A stretch of DNA of 64,000 nucleotides. Origin: a virus. This document shows, piece after piece, positions 48,501-54,500 of this stretch (positions are counted from its first letter, which is position 1; each line of letters begins with the position of its first letter). The stretch spans positions 32,001-96,000 of the IMG/VR virus record IMGVR_UViG_3300010048_000001. One strand, given 5' to 3'. The position numbers and the translations under genes were made by a program. A model generated the notes under the pieces. It searched no databases and was not told the origin of the DNA. It was given only the letters and a program-made list of their open reading frames with translations.

Positions 48501-51500
48501 GTCTCTCCCTCATCCATGCCTCGCACATCTTTTACGAGGCGGGCCTTCAGCCAGGCGGGAATATCCTTGGTGCTCACATAGTCAATCAAACCGCCCGCCG
48601 CTAGGAGCCGGTTGCGAGCTTCCCACAAAAGCTCATTCGCTCGCTCCCGCGGGAGCATGCCGCGCTTGACCAGCGGGTCGATGACCTTGGCCGCAGTCGC
48701 TTCTGCACTCGCGGCCATCTGCCTAATTTGCTCTTGCCGCTCGACCGGGTTGAGTGGCTCGAGTAATGCCCGCCCTTCTGGCGTCAACGACGCCGATGTT
48801 ATGTGGCCGTCGGAGCCTTCAGCAGTCACGCTGGCGATGCCGTGCGCGGCCAAGGACATGATGTCCGGAATAGAAAGCGGGTTCCGAGCGGCCGGATGAT
48901 TATGGTGAAAAGCGGCGGGAACCGTATCGGGGTCCCATAGGCGGCGGAGCAGACCATCTGAAAACTTAATCGCACTAGGATGACCTGAAGTGCCGGCCTC
49001 AATAATTTGGCCATCCTGTCCGACAATTGCAAAATACTCATGCCCCGAAAGAAGCCCAGCAGAGGAGACGTAATCCCTGGCCGCTTCATGTCCGCCGACA
49101 AGGTCCGGGGAATATTCTGGTGAAGCACGAAGGCCTTGTGCTTCTTCTGTCGTATTGCTCGCGCGCTTTATTCCGGCGTAGGGGTTCTCGCCTGGCCCCG
49201 TCGATTCCCAGCCCCGCGGGTTTGCAGCCAAGCCCTCCTCACGCCCGCGCTGCATCTCGACGACCGGCCGGCGATTGCCCATGATGGCACTGAGCACCTC
49301 GGCAGCCCGCTCGCCGGTCGGGATAAAGAAGCGCGTCTGATAGCCAATGCGCTCAACAAACGCTCCGCTGTTTTCGAGCTCCGGCCGATCCCGATAATCC
49401 GGCCCGGTCAGCTCGAGTCGCGGCTCGCCGGCGACGGTAGCGCGACGGATCGTCCACCCGTTTGCCAACGTTGCCCGATCGCCGTCCAGCACGCGCTGGG
49501 CGACCTCGGCCGGCTCATATGTCTTGCCGGCGGTCTCAGCGCCCAGCGAGCGCAGGACCTGCCCGATGTGATCCTCGTCGACGACTCGGCCAAGCATCCG
49601 TTCGCCGTCGGCCGTCTGTAGCCGGTAGACCTTCGGCGTCCCTGACAGCCGGTCCCAGATTGGCAGTATCGACCCTGTTATCAGGTGCTGGGTTTTGGCG
49701 CTGTATTCCGGGATCGTCGCAAGCTGCTTGTCCCATAGATCGCGAGCCTGCGCTTCGTCGCGGACGAGCTCCCAATTCCTATCGGCCAGCGGCCCGTCGA
49801 TATTTCGGCGCGCGGCATATTGCCAATCGAGCGGTCCGGCCAGCCGGTAATTCTCCGTTACGGCTCCGGTGTTCGGGTCCGTAGTGTTGCTTGCCTCGGC
49901 AACCGCAAAGACCTTCCCGGTGCGTTTCGAGATCGCGTAGAACAGAGGCTTTCGCCCCGAGAGATTGCGTTGGCCGGCCGCGATCTGATCGAAAGTCGCG
50001 GGGTGATTTTTGTTCTCGACCTTCAATCGAACATACTTGGTTTCCGCACCCGACTGCGGATCCTTGTAAATCGGCTGGTCGGCTTCCTTGGTTATCCGAT
50101 CGCCCTTCAGCGTCTCAGTCCCGACATCGAGGGTCCCAGCTGCGGCAGCGCTGTCGACCGCATCGTTGAGACGATCCTCGAACTCGCCAAAGACTTTGTT
50201 CTGCATGTCGAACTTCAGCGACAGCAGACGATTGAGAAACTGGGTGATCTCCGGGGGATCGGTCGGATTGCCGTTCTCATCTTTGAGTCGCAAGCCGGTC
50301 TGCGCCTCGAAGTCAGCCGGCTCGATTGTGCCGATTTCACCGCGGCGCATCGATCCCCAGAAAGAGCGCAACGCCGCGGACGCTTCCGGACTTTCAAGGT
50401 TGTCCCGAGCGCTAAAGAGTCCCTGCTCGCCGGCCCGGCGCTCGCCCTTCGTGAGCGCGCCAAGCTGCGAGAGCCGGCGGGCAATCGAGGAGATAAAGCG
50501 CCGTTGCCCCTGTAGATCGGTCGTCACGAGATGGAAGATCGGAGCCGACGCCTGGTTCGTTCGGTGCGTGCGTCCAAACCCTTGGATGGCCTTGTCCGCG
50601 CGCCAGCCGGCTTGCACCAGATAGTGTGAGCGCTGTGCATTCGAGCTCGGCGCCGTCAGGTCTGCATGATAGCTACGCCCGGTGCCGCCGGCCTGAGAGA
50701 AGACGAGGATCGGCTTTTTAGCGTTCTGAAAAGCATCCGTCTCAGCCGCATTCGAATCGCCCGGCCGTGACTCTAATGTCGCCCGTGTGACCCCTTTCTC
50801 ATCGGGCTTGTGCACAACGCGCTGCTTGCGGCCTGTCACCTCGGCAACCCTGTCGGTCCCGAAATGGTTCAGCAGCATTTCCAGCGGCCCGTGCGGCACC
50901 CGGATGCTGCCCAGTTTGTCGAGCAGCTCGTCGCGCATCCGCACCGCTTCGGGATTCTCGACGATGTTCCCCTGACTGTCCTTGACGACCTGCCAGCGCT
51001 CGTTGCCGTTCTCGTCGATATATTTCTCCCACTGGGCTACCGGGAACGATTTCTCGACCATTTGCATCAACTGGTCGCGCGGCGTGAGGTCAAGATCCTC
51101 GAGGTCCTCCGGAGCTTCCTCGGCTCCCCCTTTTACTCTCTCGATCGCCCGTTTCTGCGATGCCTCATTGGTATTGACCAGCTGCAGAACGGCCTGCTGG
51201 CCTTCCTTCAGGTCTCCCTCGATGGCCCTCAGGACCGATGGCATCTGCATCGCGGTAATAATCTGGTTGAAGAACCGCTGATGCCCGGACCAGAAGGCGC
51301 TCATCGCCGCCATGCGTGCTCTTGGCGAGGCCTGTGGCTCTCCAGTGCGGCCTCCCGGCTCCCCGGTAATCCCGAGAGCGGCGTTGATATTCTTCAAGAC
51401 GGTCTGCCAGGCACCGGCAAGCTCATCGTAATTCTCGCGCTGCTCCGGCGTCAGCTGGTGTTCGAGGCGGTCATATTTGACGTCGTCGTAGCTGAGGTTC

Positions 51501-54500
51501 CGCGACACATAGGAACCCATCGCCTTCATGTCGCGCGCCACGAGCTCCATCGCCGCGATGCCGCCAGAGCCGATGTTCTGAATGAAGGATTGCTTGCTCG
51601 GGAAAGCCGTGCCGCGGCCCCAAAGCCCTAGCCGCTCCGCATAGGCGAGGTTCGAAACTTCCGTGGCACCGGTGGCCGAGACATAGACGACGCGTGCGTT
51701 TGGCAACTTCTGTTGGAGTTCGATGCCGGCGAGCGCCTTCGCTGCAGCCTCTTTGGTCCCGCGGCTTCCTTTTTGCGCAACGCTATTGGCGAGATTGTGA
51801 CTGTTATGGACTAGGAGACCATTGGCAAAATAGTTCGCCGTGCCGGTTTCTACGTTGAATACCTCGACAGAGCGACTGCATCTATCTCTGCCACAACCAG
51901 TTCGACTTCCTTGAGGATGCGGGAATTCTCGAACCGCAGAACCACCCACCCAAGATTCTCTAGATATGCGGTTTTCCGCGCATCGCTTTGCTGACGTGCC
52001 GCGGCCTTGTGGCTGTGGCCGTCTACTTCTATAGCAATCCTCAGGACAGGATTCGCAATATCGATCCGGTAGCAGCGCGGGTACCCTTCGCGGACTGGCT
52101 TGACGCCCACTGGGAATTCCGGCTCCCACCTGAGATGCCCGAGCAATAATGCCTGTGCCGGAGGCATTGGCTTCCCATTCCCGCCACGCCCGCTCTTGGC
52201 TGGGTTCCCTATATGTCGCTTCGCGTAATCCATATTGTGAAACGGGTTCCGCTCTGAGGACAGATATCCCGCCAATGACTCCTGATATTGCTCCGTCCGT
52301 CTCGTTTTGTTCAGTCGAACTCGGGCAGCTTGATCGAACGCCGCGCGGCGCTCTTCGCTCATGCGTGATCTTACCGAACCCATCCTGGCGGCAGTGGCTT
52401 GCGCAGTGCATGACCTGCTGCAATAGAGATTTTTGTTGTGCGGGTATTTGACCGGGAATTCCCTCCCGCAGTTTTCGCATATATGTGTGTTTGCCATCTT
52501 GTGATAGATAGCGAATGCGATCGTTCTCGTCAATCCAAACCGCTGGAACATACCCCGAATCTTCGGTCCAGACCGGGTGGTTCCCCGTCATAATGACGGG
52601 TCCGATAACATGGAGGTGAGCGCGGGTTGCCCGGGTGAAAGTGCGCTTCACACTTGTCGGGACCACCCGGTTTTCTGCGTGATCAAATCCCAAGACACAA
52701 TCGCCAACCTCCAACGATTCGATGGGCCGCGATCCATTAGGCGTAGCGATCAGGGTGCCGGCTGGCACACATTCATCAAATGCGATAACCCCATCAAAGT
52801 CAGGCCCAAGCCAGTTGGCCAGCTGATCGATCCGGCGTTTGCCTTGAAGTGTCTTGCCTGTCTTCTCGTCTTTCCCAAGACGCTCGCCACCCTTCAATGT
52901 GTCATAGGTCGTGAAAGCAATCCCCCGGTCTGCCGTCAGATCGTTCCCGGCTTTCACCTTGCCCAGATTGAAGATCTCTTTCGGATCGCGGCCGAGCCCC
53001 TTCCAGTCGCGCTGTGCATCCTCGATCAGCGTTTTGTTCTCACTGATCCACAATGCCTTTTTCTTACCTTGCATGTAATTATCAAGTATAATACCGGCAA
53101 CTTGCCTCCCTTTTCCAGTGCCCGTGCCGTCGCCGAGAAAGAAACCACGACGAAATGGCGTCTCCCCGGCAATGGCCGGAAGTATTTGTGAGTGGGCATT
53201 ACCTGCGTATGTTATCGCCTCTAGTTGAGCGTCAGACAGAGCGCCGCTAGATATTAACTCATTAGGCAACCGCGGCGCATAATCAACGCGCGGCGGCATG
53301 ACAGAAGCCAGCGCCGCGGTCTGTACCAGCGCGCCAGGATGCGCCTGCGATCCCTCTATCTGGATACGCTGCGGCCGGTATGGCTCGTAGACCGCTTCGG
53401 TGACCTCGCCGTGCGAGCCTGCCGGATCGGCAACGACTTCGTCGACCTTGGCCGCTTCGGGAAGCGGTTCGCCCGCTTCTACCCCTGATGACTCGCCGCC
53501 GGCCGGTAATACGGATCCTGCCCCGCCTTCAGGTCGTAGAACCACTCCATGAGGCTCTGGGCCGCCTCCTCCCACGACCTCGCCTGTTCCAGGAGCGACA
53601 GCAGTGTTTGGCTCTGCTCCGCCCAACTCGGGCCCTGCGGGTTGCTCTGGAACCAGCGCATTACCTTCACCGGGTCGAGACTCGGGTCGTAGAGCTCCGA
53701 CGCCGCCTGGCTCAACTCCGCCCGGTACTGCTGGCCCTGCCCCGGGAGGAACAGGCTCGACTGGAACCCGAGGTTCAGGAGTTGGACCAGATACGGGGAG
53801 TGTGGGTCCGGGGGCTGGTTCGCTTGGCGCAACCACCGCTGGGCCGCCTGGTTCACCGGCCACTGGTTCACTGGGAGCCCGTTGTTCCGTAGGAGTTGTG
53901 GGTTGCCGATCATTTCTCACCTCATCGAGGCGCTGCATAAGATCTGGGAGTGAACTGGCTTCGCCCAATACTGGTGGGCGGCCGGACGGCGGATTCTTGT
54001 CGATGACCAGAAGCCTGGTCCCGAAATTCGTACCGTATTTGCTATAGATGCTGCCCGGCACCCCCATGTTGGCGCGGACCTCGAACGACCCGGACATACG
54101 CCGCCACCACGGTGCGAAGGTCGACGAGTCCATACCCATCCCGCGGCCGACAATCGCCACAAGCCGGCCGCCGGGCTCGAGCCGCTTCATCGCCTCCTCG
54201 ATGTGCCGGGCCCCGGTCATCAATACTTTCTTGTCGCCCATGCGCCCGGCCGTCTGAGAGAACGGCGGGTTCATCAGCACGACACTCGGGCGCACCTCCG
54301 GTGGCAGGATGTTGTGTAACTGTTCAGCATTCTCATGGTAACCGCGTGTAACGCCGAGTGACTCGACATTTGCGGCTCGCGGCAGGAAGAGCTCGTTTGT
54401 CGTGATCTCGCGCGGGTACGCGTTCTTCGCCATCGCGACCAAGCTGCCATTGCCGGCACTCGGCTCGAGGACATGATCCTCTGGCGTAATGTTGGCCATC

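Larger units (their letters stand above)
51803..52771 (-). mobile_element. Intein (323 aa) inserted in helicase motif II (FDE|SH)
   Basis: Block A CVPAGTLIATPNG.RPIE.L.VGD.V; block B TGNHPVW; blocks F/G VFNVETGTANYFANGLLVHN followed by Ser. Confidence 0.95.

Noticed and set aside
48826-49775. Other same-strand alternative-frame ORFs within the giant gene (48826-49128, 49168-49359, 49408-49593, 49536-49775)
   Set aside because: Their composition is R/S/A-rich shadow type, I saw no convincing SD, and the main frame there looks like folded domains.
51850-52551. Explaining the out-of-frame endonuclease as an assembly frameshift or pseudogene
   Set aside because: The intein frame is uninterrupted from Cys1 to HN|S, and the nuclease has its own ATG, promoter-like element and stop. 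Two exactly compensating errors would be required. Not formally excluded without reads.
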